DNA of 64,000 nucleotides from a virus: positions 1 through 64,000 of the IMG/VR virus record IMGVR_UViG_3300044631_002422. The stretch is one strand, 5' to 3'. Each line of letters starts with the position of its first letter. The first letter of the stretch is position 1. This document shows, in pieces, positions 31,784-41,826 of this stretch. Position numbers and translations under genes: made by a program. The notes below the pieces were generated by a model. It was not told where the DNA came from and searched no databases. It was given only the letters and a program-made list of their open reading frames with translations.

Positions 31784-32548
31784 ATGCTGAAATTCTCACC
31801 TGCTAACGTCAAGATTAAAGCCCTTAAACTCGTCGCCGCACTTGCCAAGTATTTGCCACGCGGTCGCCGTGTTTATAGTTTCGACTTGCTATCCGGTCAT
31901 ACTTGCCCATTCGCGAAATTATGCCGCAGTAAAGTAAAAATAATCGACGGCAAGCGTAAAATCTTTGATGGTCCGCATACTCAATTCCGCTGCTTTTCGG
32001 CAAGTCAAGAAGCGACATATACAAACGTTTATGAGCTACGCAAACACAATACGGAAATTCTGACCGCGATGAAAGACAACCAAGAAATTTTTGATATGTT
32101 AAATTCTTCTCTGCCCAAAAATGCTGGAGTTGTTCGCATTCACGTTGCGGGAGACTTTTTCAATCAAGATTATTTCGACGCTTGGGTGATGGTTGCGATG
32201 AACAATCCGAACGTTCTATTTTACGCTTATACAAAAAGCCTGCGTTATTGGGTCAGCCGCATTGCAGTTATTCCCGCGAATATGATTCTGACCGCAAGCG
32301 AAGGCGGAAGCGAAGATAATTTAATTCAAGAATATAATTTGCGGAAAGCTGTCGTTGTTTACAACGAACAATCAGCCGCTGAACTCGGATTGGAAATTGA
32401 CCACACCGACGAACATGCCGCCAACCCAGAAACGGCAAACCACGATTTTGCTCTTCTCATTCACGGTATTCAGCCAGCAGGCAGCGAAGCAGCCGCAGCG
32501 ATTCGCGAATTGAAAAGGAACGGAGTTGAATTTGCTTATTCACGATAA
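31784..32548 (+). CDS. Gene product 88 (GP88)-family protein
   Basis: FDLLSGHTCPFA..C, CFSA, VRIHVAGDFF, FYAYTKS. Confidence 0.8.
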   Translation: MLKFSPANVKIKALKLVAALAKYLPRGRRVYSFDLLSGHTCPFAKLCRSKVKIIDGKRKIFDGPHTQFRCFSASQEATYTNVYELRKHNTEILTAMKDNQEIFDMLNSSLPKNAGVVRIHVAGDFFNQDYFDAWVMVAMNNPNVLFYAYTKSLRYWVSRIAVIPANMILTASEGGSEDNLIQEYNLRKAVVVYNEQSAAELGLEIDHTDEHAANPETANHDFALLIHGIQPAGSEAAAAIRELKRNGVEFAYSR

Positions 32549-32611
32549 GGGGTAAAACGTGATTTATATTTTGATTGTAGTTATATCGACAATTTTATTT
32601 TTAGCACTATC

Positions 32612-32899
32612 ATGGAAAAATTCAGAATGAAAAGTTTGGTTATATTTTCTTACAAGCAGCCAGTGGATGGTTCGGTTATTCGTTGGGGAATTTTAGAACG
32701 CGAACGCGATACTAAAAAAGAACCTTTATCAATCAATTCTTTATGCGGACCTTATAGAAAACGCGATGCTAACTTTGAAAGGTCGCAACATCTTGACACT
32801 ATAAAAACTCGCAACGGAATAAAAACATTTTATCGCGAGCGACAAAATTGGAAAATCAAAATTCCATTTGTTGGAAGTATAGTATCGCGATTCGTATAG
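32612..32899 (+). CDS. Hypothetical protein
   Basis: 95-aa ORF. Confidence 0.55.
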   Translation: MEKFRMKSLVIFSYKQPVDGSVIRWGILERERDTKKEPLSINSLCGPYRKRDANFERSQHLDTIKTRNGIKTFYRERQNWKIKIPFVGSIVSRFV

Positions 32900-33100
32900 T
32901 GTACACGCGTACAGGGCGCGGGCCGTCCCGCCGCGTCGTAAGTCCTAGAGCCACAAGCACTTACGTCAGTCAAGTAGGCAAAGCGTGTGCCAGTGAAAAA
33001 AAATAAATTTCAAGAATCTTTTTTTATTTTGCTTCAGACTCTTGACAAACCTAGCCGATATTGTATAATAAGGAAGTCAATCACACAAGCGAGAAAAAAA

Positions 33101-33343
33101 ATGTACAAAGTAGAAATTGCCACTGTTTACGGCCCCTTTTGTGGTCAAGGCGGTTATGGTACTGAAACCTGCATCGGTTTCGACCGTAGCGTTAAGCGGG
33201 CTTTTGCCAAGGCTCGCGGCCAAGGCAGTCACCGCTACGACCGTAGCCAGATTGTAACCGGCTCGCGTGGTGGCGGCGTTCCCGTTCTGGGTATGGTTCG
33301 GATTTCTCACAACGGAAAAATTATTTCCGAAATTTGGGATTGA
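33101..33343 (+). CDS. Hypothetical Gly/Arg-rich early protein
   Basis: Start placed downstream of promoter 33042. Confidence 0.65.
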   Translation: MYKVEIATVYGPFCGQGGYGTETCIGFDRSVKRAFAKARGQGSHRYDRSQIVTGSRGGGVPVLGMVRISHNGKIISEIWD

Positions 33344-33409
33344 CCCCTTGACAGTTGTTTTTTCTTTGGTATAATCAGCGTATCAGTCACACACTTTGGA
33401 GAATTGAAA

Positions 33410-33601
33410 ATGGACAGCTTCAGCACCAACCAACATTCCGACGAATTGGACTATCAACCCACCGCTGCCGATTGGAACGAATACCAAGAGTGGTATGACG
33501 GCCAAGAGGCTTGCTACCCAGAGGGTGATGACCTCCTCGACAGCGACCCCATCGACCTTTACGGTGGCGATGACTCGCACTACTGGCAATACGACGAATA
33601 G
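33410..33601 (+). CDS. Small acidic early protein, family C
   Basis: GGAG RBS; paralog of 27741-27905; very D/E-rich. Confidence 0.75.
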   Translation: MDSFSTNQHSDELDYQPTAADWNEYQEWYDGQEACYPEGDDLLDSDPIDLYGGDDSHYWQYDE

Positions 33602-34051
33602 GGCTTGACCCGCAAATCCCGCCCAAGTCGCGGGTATGGTATGGGGTCCATTCAAAAACCCCCTATATTCGGGAAAAGAGGTAGGCGAATTAACGTCAAG
33701 GATTTGAGAAGCCTTAGCGGTTCTGTCTTCAGCGGAAAACGGCCTCGAAGTACCATATTTCATTTTGACAGGTGAACACCTGTACACATAGTGTCTATGC
33801 TAAACAAAACCGATTTACTTTTTTTTCTTTGGCCGAAATTTAAGGTAGTCTTACTCAAACTAATCTGAATTGCCCCAGCATTTGGGCCAAAGTTTGCCCG
33901 GCCCGCGCCGCCCTAAGTCCTAGAGCCCCAAGGAGTTACAACGATTGAAAAAAAACTTTTTTTCTGCTAAAGTTCCTTGACATTGTGTGCCGATATAGTA
34001 TAATAGAGAAAGTGTGCCGATATAGTATAATAGAGAAAAAAGAGAAACGAA

Positions 34052-34339
34052 ATGAAAGTTGAAGTAACGCCCGCAAAGCCTGATTTCCAGCCCGTCACCC
34101 TGAGTATCACCATTGAGTCGTTTGCCGAACTCGCTGTGCTTTTTGCTCGATTCAATTGCCCAGTTGCGATTATTAAACAACATGGCTTTGGTGATGGCCC
34201 AATGAACACCAGACTCGCAAGAGCAGCAGATTTTAGCATCGAAGATATCGATGAAGGCGGCAGAATTTTCGACCATATTTCAGACATAGCTAGAGGTTAT
34301 TATTACGCGATGTATAATGTGGGAAAAGGAGAACGATAA
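34052..34339 (+). CDS. Hypothetical early protein
   Basis: Follows promoter 33977. Confidence 0.7.
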   Translation: MKVEVTPAKPDFQPVTLSITIESFAELAVLFARFNCPVAIIKQHGFGDGPMNTRLARAADFSIEDIDEGGRIFDHISDIARGYYYAMYNVGKGER

Positions 34340-34545
34340 TGCTACAAATGACTAAGAATGAAATTATTTGCGAAATTTTGGAACAAACAACGCCCGATGA
34401 GCTAATGTTCGACCTTGAAAATACCGATATTGAATGGTATACTGACTTGGTGTGCGATGTTGTGTTTATGCGTACTGTAAGATATCAAGATGTTTGCGAC
34501 GCTTTAGTGTGGTTTGCTTCACAAGAATTGGAGGCTTTAAATTAG
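34339..34545 (+). CDS. Hypothetical acidic protein
   Basis: TAATG coupling and RBS. Confidence 0.65.
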   Translation: MLQMTKNEIICEILEQTTPDELMFDLENTDIEWYTDLVCDVVFMRTVRYQDVCDALVWFASQELEALN

Positions 34546-34727
34546 ACAAAGACTTTTATTTTGGGCAGGAACAATTACTGTTTGGTGTTGTTTTATTTTA
34601 CTCATGAGCTTAATTTTAGTGGGGATATACAACGGCTAAAAAATTTCTTAAGTTTTGACTTGACATAGACGATAAGTATGTTAGAATGATATTGTAAATG
34701 ATGTTTCACTTTTTTGGAGAATGTGCT

Positions 34728-34931
34728 ATGATGGTTGATTTGTACGGCAAGCGTAACGAGCGTAAGGTTTCTTTCCTGTATCCTGTTGGTGGCAAGAAGA
34801 ATGTTCTTCGGGCCGTAAATGGTGTAAAGGTTCGCAGTTATACTGGACCGAATGGGCGTGGTATTACCGTCCGCGAAGACAGCGGAATCATGAAGTCCTT
34901 TTCGGTCAGCAAGTGCGTAGCTGGTCTTTAA
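34728..34931 (+). CDS. Small basic beta-barrel-like protein
   Basis: GGAG RBS upstream of MMVDLYG. Confidence 0.6.
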   Translation: MMVDLYGKRNERKVSFLYPVGGKKNVLRAVNGVKVRSYTGPNGRGITVREDSGIMKSFSVSKCVAGL

Positions 34932-34944
34932 TTGCTACGCTTGC

Positions 34945-35187
34945 AACGGCGACGGTCAGCAGACAATCGCTAAGGTGCGGAACAAACCAACAAAATCCGC
35001 ACGACTCGATTGGGCGAGTATAAATAGGATGATAGGCCCAATGCGGCGGCATTTGCCGCGAATCGGCATTAAAGTTTAGCCCTCCTGTCGTCAGACGGCA
35101 GCAAACTAAACGAGCTAGCGTGTCGCCCCAACAGTTCTTCGCCGTTCTGCTGCTGGTGGATAAAACGAACGGCGAGCTTTTTCTTTT
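34945..35187 (+). ncRNA. Candidate structured non-coding RNA
   Basis: Intergenic and GC-rich; closing helix GGCGAC/GTCGCC, several internal hairpins, possible pseudoknot, terminator-like 3' hairpin. Confidence 0.5.
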
Positions 35188-35199
35188 AGGAAATGAAAC

Positions 35200-35382
35200 G
35201 TGAAACTGATTGTATTGGATTTTCTCATCGGCATATGTCATATCTTTACCGTAACTAAGGAGTTATGCGAAAGCGAAGATAATATCGTTGATTTCCTAAT
35301 GGAAAAAGATTTTAATCTTGACAACATTCAGTATATGTATGGCGACATACCGATAATAGGCGACATGAAAGTTGTGTTGTAA
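35200..35382 (+). CDS. Hypothetical protein
   Basis: AGGA RBS, GTG start. Confidence 0.5.
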   Translation: MKLIVLDFLIGICHIFTVTKELCESEDNIVDFLMEKDFNLDNIQYMYGDIPIIGDMKVVL

Positions 35383-35569
35383 TGCAACTACTTGACAAAC
35401 TCTTGCGATATGCTAAAATGATTCGTGAAGACCGTGCCACTGTTTGTTTGTGGTGCGGTAGACATTTAGTACTGCTTTGGGACGTACTTTTTTGGAGTAG
35501 CATTGCGGCTGGCGGTTGGCTGTTTGGTTACTTGATTTGTATTACGTTTAACATTGGGAGTTTTGCGCA

Positions 35570-35815
35570 GTGAAAACTTTTCTTGAATTTAGCGGATGGA
35601 TAGAGCTTGACGAAAAAACACAAATGTGTTATTATGGAAACGGCGACCCAAAAAGAATAACGCTAAAGGAATGGCAACAGCTTCCTAGGCAAGAGCAAAG
35701 TAATTATTGGATAGAACAAGAAGATTTTGACGTACTGTACCGCTATGGCGTAGATAGTGATTTTTTTGATTGGCGTTTAGTTTTGGGAGAAAAATATGAC
35801 GAAGAAGCTGTTTAG
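35570..35815 (+). CDS. Hypothetical protein
   Basis: GGAG RBS, GTG start. Confidence 0.6.
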   Translation: MKTFLEFSGWIELDEKTQMCYYGNGDPKRITLKEWQQLPRQEQSNYWIEQEDFDVLYRYGVDSDFFDWRLVLGEKYDEEAV

Positions 35816-35986
35816 TTTGGGGCAAACTTTTGTTGTGAATGGTGTCGAATGGACTGGCCGCGAGTATCGACTTGATGCCGCGTTTGAAGGATGGACGATT
35901 GTTGCCGTAAACGGCAGTAATCAAGTGGCACAATTTAGTCTTGCAGACGTTGAAAAAGCACTGGGGGTATGATATACTAGCGGTAT

Positions 35987-36055
35987 GGGCCAGCCGCTGG
36001 TTGCGGACTTGACTCTTATAAGGTCGATGATGGGATTCGATTTCCTGCTGGCCTA
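35987..36055 (+). tRNA. tRNA-Ile(UAU)-like, atypical
   Basis: Acceptor GGGCCAG/CTGGCCT, anticodon loop CT-TAT-AA, TTCGATT loop; weak D arm. Confidence 0.55.
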
Positions 36056-36105
36056 TTTGACTTTAGCAAAATGCATGGTAGAATGATTGAAAAGGAGAAC
36101 GTAAC

Positions 36106-36375
36106 GTGGCTAAACGCAAAAAGAAACTTCCGGTTGCGAGTGGTGAAATGTTGGATTTTGTGGTGACTTTAGAGCGTCCCGAAACTGGTACAATTGTGCG
36201 GTATATCGAGCAGTTCAGCCCGTTTAATCCCGCGACTGGACAGCTATATACTCATCGAGAGTTTAGCGAACAACTTTTGCCATACGTCCGAGAAGTTGGC
36301 AAGAGTTTTGAAAATTGGAATATGTTTGTTGTTCTTGCCACAAACGAAGAAATCGAAGAACTAAAGAGTATATAA
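36106..36375 (+). CDS. Hypothetical protein
   Basis: AAGGAG RBS. Confidence 0.7.
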   Translation: MAKRKKKLPVASGEMLDFVVTLERPETGTIVRYIEQFSPFNPATGQLYTHREFSEQLLPYVREVGKSFENWNMFVVLATNEEIEELKSI

Positions 36376-36584
36376 TGGGCATACTTATTGGGCTAGTTCT
36401 TGCATTTATTTTTGTGCAGAAAATATACCATCTCAACGGAAACCGCTAGGTCGGCGGGCCGACCCGCCGCGTCGTAAGTCCTTGTGGCCCTAGCACTTAC
36501 GTCAACAAAAAAATTTCTTAATTTTTTCTCAAGTCGGTTGACATTCTGTGTCGATAATGTATAATAGGAAGCAAGGAGAACGCA

Positions 36585-36830
36585 ATGTATAAAAATTTTA
36601 CGATTGAAATTAACTGCTGGCGATGCCACGAACCATACCGCGTCAAGCCTAACTGTGAAGGTTTTCTTCAGTGGATTAGGGGAGAAGCTTTGATTCAGGA
36701 CGCAATGCCAGAACTTACTGCTGACCAACGCGAACTGATTATGAGTGGAACTTGCGACCGCTGTTGGAACGCTATGTTTCCATACAACGAAATTCTCTCG
36801 GCTGAAGTTCTTGACAAGGACGGTCGATAA
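36585..36830 (+). CDS. Zinc-finger (CxxC...CxxC) early protein
   Basis: CWRC and CDRC; LIQDAMPELTADQRELIMSG; own promoter. Confidence 0.75.
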   Translation: MYKNFTIEINCWRCHEPYRVKPNCEGFLQWIRGEALIQDAMPELTADQRELIMSGTCDRCWNAMFPYNEILSAEVLDKDGR

Positions 36831-36878
36831 TGTATACTAAGGAAGTAAGTTAAAGTCACACATTTTGGAGATTGAATT

Positions 36879-37277
36879 ATGGGTTTGGACCAGTATGCTT
36901 TCGCACGTAAGGGTGAACCTGAAAAGTATATCGATAAAAATTGGCTTGGCAAGGACCAAGAATTTATTCGCTATCCAGAAAAAAACGAAATCGCCTATTG
37001 GCGAAAGCACCCCAATTTGCAAGGTTGGATGGAAAATCTATACCGCGAAAAGGGTGGTGACGCTGAATCTTTCAACTGCGTTGATGTTGAATTGACGCTC
37101 GAAGATTTGAACCGTTTAGAGCGTGATATTAATAAAGGTGCTTTACCAAGCACGACCGGCTTTTTCTTTGGTTCAGATTCCGACGAATACTACAAAGAAC
37201 AAGACGAGAAATTTATCGACGCGGCTCGCGATTCAATTATTAACGGTTACACTGTTGTTTATAATTCGTGGTGGTAA
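36879..37277 (+). CDS. Conserved phage hypothetical protein (MGLDQY...YWRKH...GFFFG family)
   Basis: Motif set recognisable from many phage genomes. Confidence 0.8.
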   Translation: MGLDQYAFARKGEPEKYIDKNWLGKDQEFIRYPEKNEIAYWRKHPNLQGWMENLYREKGGDAESFNCVDVELTLEDLNRLERDINKGALPSTTGFFFGSDSDEYYKEQDEKFIDAARDSIINGYTVVYNSWW

Positions 37278-37308
37278 CTAACGTTAAAGAAATAACAAGG
37301 AGAAAGTT

Positions 37309-37617
37309 ATGAGCAAATACTTTACAGCAGCAGAAGCAAAGAAATTGGCCGGAAAATCAGTTGAAGAAAAAGTTGAGCTTTTGTGTGAATCAATCAAGAA
37401 AAACGCCAGCGAACGTAAACGTTCATTAATAACTGGTTGGGAGCACAAAGAAGACCGAGATTTGTGGATTGATGGTGGATACAGCCGAACAGAAGATTGG
37501 GAAAAAGCAAAAAAGATTCTTGAGGCACTTGGTTATAAAGTTACATTTTATTGTCAAGAGCCCCCATCCGTGTGGGCAATCCCAATCGTTGCTATGTATA
37601 CCATAATTGAGTGGTAA
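37309..37617 (+). CDS. Hypothetical protein
   Basis: AAGGAG RBS. Confidence 0.7.
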   Translation: MSKYFTAAEAKKLAGKSVEEKVELLCESIKKNASERKRSLITGWEHKEDRDLWIDGGYSRTEDWEKAKKILEALGYKVTFYCQEPPSVWAIPIVAMYTIIEW

Positions 37618-37645
37618 CTGACAAACTGCTTCAAAGGAACGTAAC

Positions 37646-37834
37646 GTGAAAATTTGGTGTGTAGCGTGTTTTTACGAAGTCCAGCGTGATGCCCATTGGC
37701 GTTTGGAACTCAGCAATATTTATTTGTTTAGTTCTGCTCAACTGGCAAATAAGTTTGTTAGGAGTAATTATTACCAAAAAATGAACTACGACGCATTTGA
37801 AACTTATGAATCAGAGGTTGACAATGCGGTTTAG
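37646..37834 (+). CDS. Hypothetical protein
   Basis: AAGGA RBS, GTG start. Confidence 0.55.
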   Translation: MKIWCVACFYEVQRDAHWRLELSNIYLFSSAQLANKFVRSNYYQKMNYDAFETYESEVDNAV

Positions 37835-37979
37835 TGTGGTATACTTGCGTTATGAAGATTAAAATCAACAAAGTGGCAACGGGTCACAATCCGCCAGTAT
37901 TTCGCTGCGGCAAGTGGCAGGATAAGCGTAAACGGCGTGAGCGTACTCGCGCAGCACAAAGATTAAAGTGGAGTCGGGA

Positions 37980-38240
37980 ATGAGCGTAAAGACTCTTGTT
38001 CGTTGTCGCGGATTTACTGAAATTTTTAGCGATAACAAATACACATATATTTATCACAATGGTAATATGGGTGACACAGAAAGTCATATTCGCAAAAATT
38101 TTGATAGTATGTATTTTGATGGAGCGTACAACAGGCTTGAAAGGCAAGCAAATGTTATTAAAGATGGCTCGCCTGATTACAGTTTTGTTTTACGTGTTCC
38201 TACAAATGTATTTAACGCTTTGATAAAGGAGAACGAATGA
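37980..38240 (+). CDS. Hypothetical protein
   Basis: GGAG RBS; ATGA overlap with the next gene. Confidence 0.6.
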   Translation: MSVKTLVRCRGFTEIFSDNKYTYIYHNGNMGDTESHIRKNFDSMYFDGAYNRLERQANVIKDGSPDYSFVLRVPTNVFNALIKENE

Positions 38241-38605
38241 TTAAGATTAAAGGTTTGCCGGAAGGCTATGACATTGTGAGGATTGGCAGGCCAGAGGCTT
38301 GCGAATTATTTATAGGTGGCACTGGGATGGTGGAAAGGTCAAGCGGTGATTTGATGGCCGCTTGCTACCTCATCGTCCGCAAAATCGAGCGGCCAAAGCA
38401 ATACAGGCCGTTTGCCAGTGCTGAGGAGTTTAAGCCGCATCGGGATAGGTGGACAAGGCGAATCGCATACGACCCACAAGGAAATGATATTTACCCGCCA
38501 ACACGATACAGCGATTTAGGTTATCACGGGTTCAAATGGCAATGGTGCTTTGAGAACTTTTCATTTGACGATGGTACCCCATTTGGCGTGGAGGTGAGTG
38601 AATGA
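38237..38605 (+). CDS. Hypothetical protein, family D
   Basis: G.P.GY..VRIGRP...RKIE.PK.YRPFA...G.PFGVE shared with 61583-61951. Confidence 0.8.
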   Translation: MIKIKGLPEGYDIVRIGRPEACELFIGGTGMVERSSGDLMAACYLIVRKIERPKQYRPFASAEEFKPHRDRWTRRIAYDPQGNDIYPPTRYSDLGYHGFKWQWCFENFSFDDGTPFGVEVSE

Positions 38606-38744
38606 AGGTCTTTGTTGTAATTTGTTTTAAGGTAATTGGCCGCGAACATATTTTTGTAAATGCCGCCGTTTTCAAAAACTCAAATGACGCATCTACGTTT
38701 GGTGCAAATTATGACGATTCAATAGTAATCGAAAGGACTGTATC

Positions 38745-39167
38745 TTGAACGCCAAAGTTTATATTTACTGGAATTTACATAAGCGTTGTTTCAGTGCAAA
38801 ACGAAACGGCAAAGTTTTCGCCCACTTCCGAAATGCCAGCATTTTGAATCCTGAGTTTCGAGTGAGTGCTGCTGGATGCCGCCGTGTTCGTCGCGATGGT
38901 CGCAAAAATGTTCATGCCAACATTGTATGCGAATTGGAGAATTTTACAATTCATTCAGACAGCAGAATCGCCCCTGTTAGTGACGCTACTGCTGAGTATG
39001 CTTACTATAATCCGTATCTTTACGAAACTTTTGTTGACAACGAAGGTGATGCATTGTATAATGCACAAAGTGCCGAGTTAACCACTTATGAGCATATGCT
39101 CAATTACTATAAAAATTTGAAAGAAAGACAACCCATTATTTACATTACGAAAGAAGCAAATGACTAA
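38745..39167 (+). CDS. Conserved phage hypothetical protein (YWNLHK...RKNVHA...YNPY)
   Basis: Widespread phage motif pattern. Confidence 0.75.
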   Translation: MNAKVYIYWNLHKRCFSAKRNGKVFAHFRNASILNPEFRVSAAGCRRVRRDGRKNVHANIVCELENFTIHSDSRIAPVSDATAEYAYYNPYLYETFVDNEGDALYNAQSAELTTYEHMLNYYKNLKERQPIIYITKEAND

Positions 39168-39354
39168 CGACATTGCAAAAAGATTAGAAAACGACATTGC
39201 AAAAAGATTAGAAAAACTCCAAGATGACTTGAACCATCTGGCCGAGAAACTCTCTGGAGAAGGTCCATCTAGCTATACCGAACGAAAAGAGCGAGCAAAA
39301 GAACGACAAGCTTTTGTTAGTGAAATAGAAAGAATGCAAAATGAAAGTGAATAA
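39160..39354 (+). CDS. Small coiled-coil protein
   Basis: Contains an in-frame 24-bp tandem duplication (NDIAKRLE x2). Confidence 0.6.
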   Translation: MTNDIAKRLENDIAKRLEKLQDDLNHLAEKLSGEGPSSYTERKERAKERQAFVSEIERMQNESE

Positions 39355-39550
39355 GCACAACCGCGACCTAATTATTGCCGAATATATCGACCGTACCATC
39401 GATGGAATGGATATTAAAGGACTTATTGAATATGTTCGTGGCGGAATAGAAGCCGACCTTAAACATTATTCCGATACAGAATTGGAATATGAAATTCTTG
39501 ACCAATACGATGATTTTCCTTGGTACGATTTTGATTATGCAGATGAATAA
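39341..39550 (+). CDS. Small acidic protein
   Basis: Overlaps the upstream stop. Confidence 0.6.
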   Translation: MKVNKHNRDLIIAEYIDRTIDGMDIKGLIEYVRGGIEADLKHYSDTELEYEILDQYDDFPWYDFDYADE

Positions 39551-39622
39551 AGTATAAGGTTTTGGCGGCCCTGTTGGTAGTTTTGTTATTGAATATAAGG
39601 AACCTTCATTAGAGAATAAATA

Positions 39623-39832
39623 ATGACCGAAAACCCACTACAACTAGCAACTAAAAATTGGATAGAAGCAGTCCAGAAGTATTATGAGAATACTCGTAGT
39701 AATGAATTGACCCAAATTCATATGAGGGGTTATTTCAGCGGTTGGAGCGAACGCGAGATTCTGGAATTTGCGAATAAATTGGCTAAAAATGAACAGGACT
39801 ATCCTTTGTATAGAGAGAACGAGAATAAATAG
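39623..39832 (+). CDS. Hypothetical protein
   Basis: 69-aa ORF. Confidence 0.6.
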   Translation: MTENPLQLATKNWIEAVQKYYENTRSNELTQIHMRGYFSGWSEREILEFANKLAKNEQDYPLYRENENK

Positions 39833-40056
39833 GCCCGCCCGCCGAGCCCTAAGTCCTTGTGCCGCTAGGACTTACGTCAATCAAGCAAAGCAACTTTTGT
39901 GCCATTCCCGCTCGGGAAAATTCTAGGCAAACCGCAAAAGTTATTCCCGCTCGGGACAGAAAACTTTTTTCTTTTTTTTCTCTCAAGCCACTTGACCTTC
40001 GCGGTCGATAAAGTATAATGAGAGAGTAAGTCACACACAATGTTTAGGAGTTAGTT

Positions 40057-40908
40057 ATGCCTCGCCGTGTTGTTAGTTGTCAGTTGCCGCCCGTCAAAAC
40101 GTGCAAGAATACCAATTGTGCTAGTGTTGCTATTAGCTACGATGGTTTCTGCAAGTCGCACGCTCCAAGTCGTCGCATTAAGAGCTATAATTCGCGTCCG
40201 CGATGTAGTTCACGATGGGCGAATCCTATCGGTATCGAACTCGAAATGATTCATCCAGAATCCGCAAGCCGTTTGGCACAAGTTGCCCGCTTTGCATGTA
40301 CCGATGCCAGTTTACCCTATGGTGGTGCGGAAATCAAGCTGGTGCAAGATGCCAGTAAGATTACCAATATCGCCGCCGATACTGCTCAACGTGCTGGCCT
40401 TGCTGGTGCAAAGGTTAATCGTAGCTGCGGTTTTCATGTTCATATGGGATTGCCCAATGGTGTCAGCGTTGGATTAGAGCGTCGAAGCGATGCGAACTGG
40501 TCAAGCTGTAACGCCCGTTATCGTTTGTGGGCATTGGCAACAAACTTTCAAGAATACTTTTTTGATATTGTTCCCAAAACTCGCCGCACGAACCACTATT
40601 GCTCGCCGTTGACAAGCGTAACCAATAGTTTACATTCTCACTATGCTTGGCTATCTGTTTCGCACCGTGTTCCTACGGTCGAACTACGGATTCATAGCGG
40701 AACGGTCAATCCGTGGAAAGTCAAAGGTTGGGTCGAAGTCGCTGTGCGTTTGCGTGAAATGGTAAACGCCGCGATTCTCGGAACCCAAGGTTGGGATAAT
40801 CTTCCTAGCAAGAAGTTTGTAGATTATATGGAACCGGGAACACTTGGTTCCAAGTATTTGCTCGCTCGCGAATGTGCTGGTGGCAAACTGGTAAATTTTG
40901 GATTCTAA
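40057..40908 (+). CDS. Putative amidoligase (COOH-NH2 ligase, Amidoligase_2)
   Basis: IGIELE, DASL, AEI, VNRSCGFHVH, TVELRIHSGT. Confidence 0.85.
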   Translation: MPRRVVSCQLPPVKTCKNTNCASVAISYDGFCKSHAPSRRIKSYNSRPRCSSRWANPIGIELEMIHPESASRLAQVARFACTDASLPYGGAEIKLVQDASKITNIAADTAQRAGLAGAKVNRSCGFHVHMGLPNGVSVGLERRSDANWSSCNARYRLWALATNFQEYFFDIVPKTRRTNHYCSPLTSVTNSLHSHYAWLSVSHRVPTVELRIHSGTVNPWKVKGWVEVAVRLREMVNAAILGTQGWDNLPSKKFVDYMEPGTLGSKYLLARECAGGKLVNFGF

Positions 40909-40959
40909 TTATCGTTCGATAGAACGTACACACACTCACTTTTTTTGGAGAATTTTATT

Positions 40960-41826
40960 ATGTGTCGATTGGCTTATATTCCGGGCAACTGCAAAGTAAA
41001 CCGTACTGATTTGGTGGACCTTTTGCATATGCTGCAAAAGTCGTTTGGTGGCGATGGTAACGGATTCGTTGCCGTTGGTCCCAATGGTGAGGAGTTTAGC
41101 GAGAAGGGTGTCAAGTTAGACAACGATGCTATCGTTATCAAAACTTGGAAACTTATCAAAAAGGGTTGGTCGGTTTACTATCATACTCGCAAGATTAGCG
41201 TAGGCTGGAGTAGCGACAAGCAATGCCATCCGCACCGTATCAACGGTGACAAGTTCAAGGGTTGGCTGTGCCACAATGGAACGTGGAATGATGGAGTACC
41301 GCTTGCCAATTATCTTAACTGTGGTAGCGATACCGCTGCTCTTGCTCGATGTATCGGCAAGTTTGGTATCGAGGGAGCAGAAAAACGCAATCTGTTTCCC
41401 AAGTCGGGCGTGTTTCTTATCTACGGTAGCGAGAATGGCGAATCGCCTATTCATCGCGTAGTCAAGAAATCGGGCGACTTGCAATACTGCCCCAAGACTG
41501 GTATTTGGGCCAGTGAGTTCGAAAAGGATTGGCCGTACTGGTCGCAGGTTTATACCGCAACTGTTGGCAAGCACTTGCTTTGCAAACCAGCCCCACAATA
41601 TATTTCGCCTGCTCGCGGTAATGGTGGCAAGTTTGTGAGTCGCAAGAATAGCCATCCTGATATTATTGATTCAGGAATTCCAGCACCGTGGGACGATGAT
41701 GACCGAACCGTTGTTGATTCGCGTCGCTCGTTGTCGCAACGATTGTGGCCGCAAGACCCTACTGAGTACGAACCAGAGCCAGATTGGGAATATCGTGGCG
41801 GATACCCACGACGCGATTTGAGTTAG
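40960..41826 (+). CDS. Class II (Ntn) glutamine amidotransferase
   Basis: Starts MCRL (Cys2 nucleophile); DGNG, HTR, CHPH, HNG and SDT motifs. Confidence 0.85.
   Translation: MCRLAYIPGNCKVNRTDLVDLLHMLQKSFGGDGNGFVAVGPNGEEFSEKGVKLDNDAIVIKTWKLIKKGWSVYYHTRKISVGWSSDKQCHPHRINGDKFKGWLCHNGTWNDGVPLANYLNCGSDTAALARCIGKFGIEGAEKRNLFPKSGVFLIYGSENGESPIHRVVKKSGDLQYCPKTGIWASEFEKDWPYWSQVYTATVGKHLLCKPAPQYISPARGNGGKFVSRKNSHPDIIDSGIPAPWDDDDRTVVDSRRSLSQRLWPQDPTEYEPEPDWEYRGGYPRRDLS

Noticed and set aside
36879-37277. Phosphoglycerate kinase label sometimes attached to this family
   Set aside because: 132 aa is far too short and no PGK motifs are present
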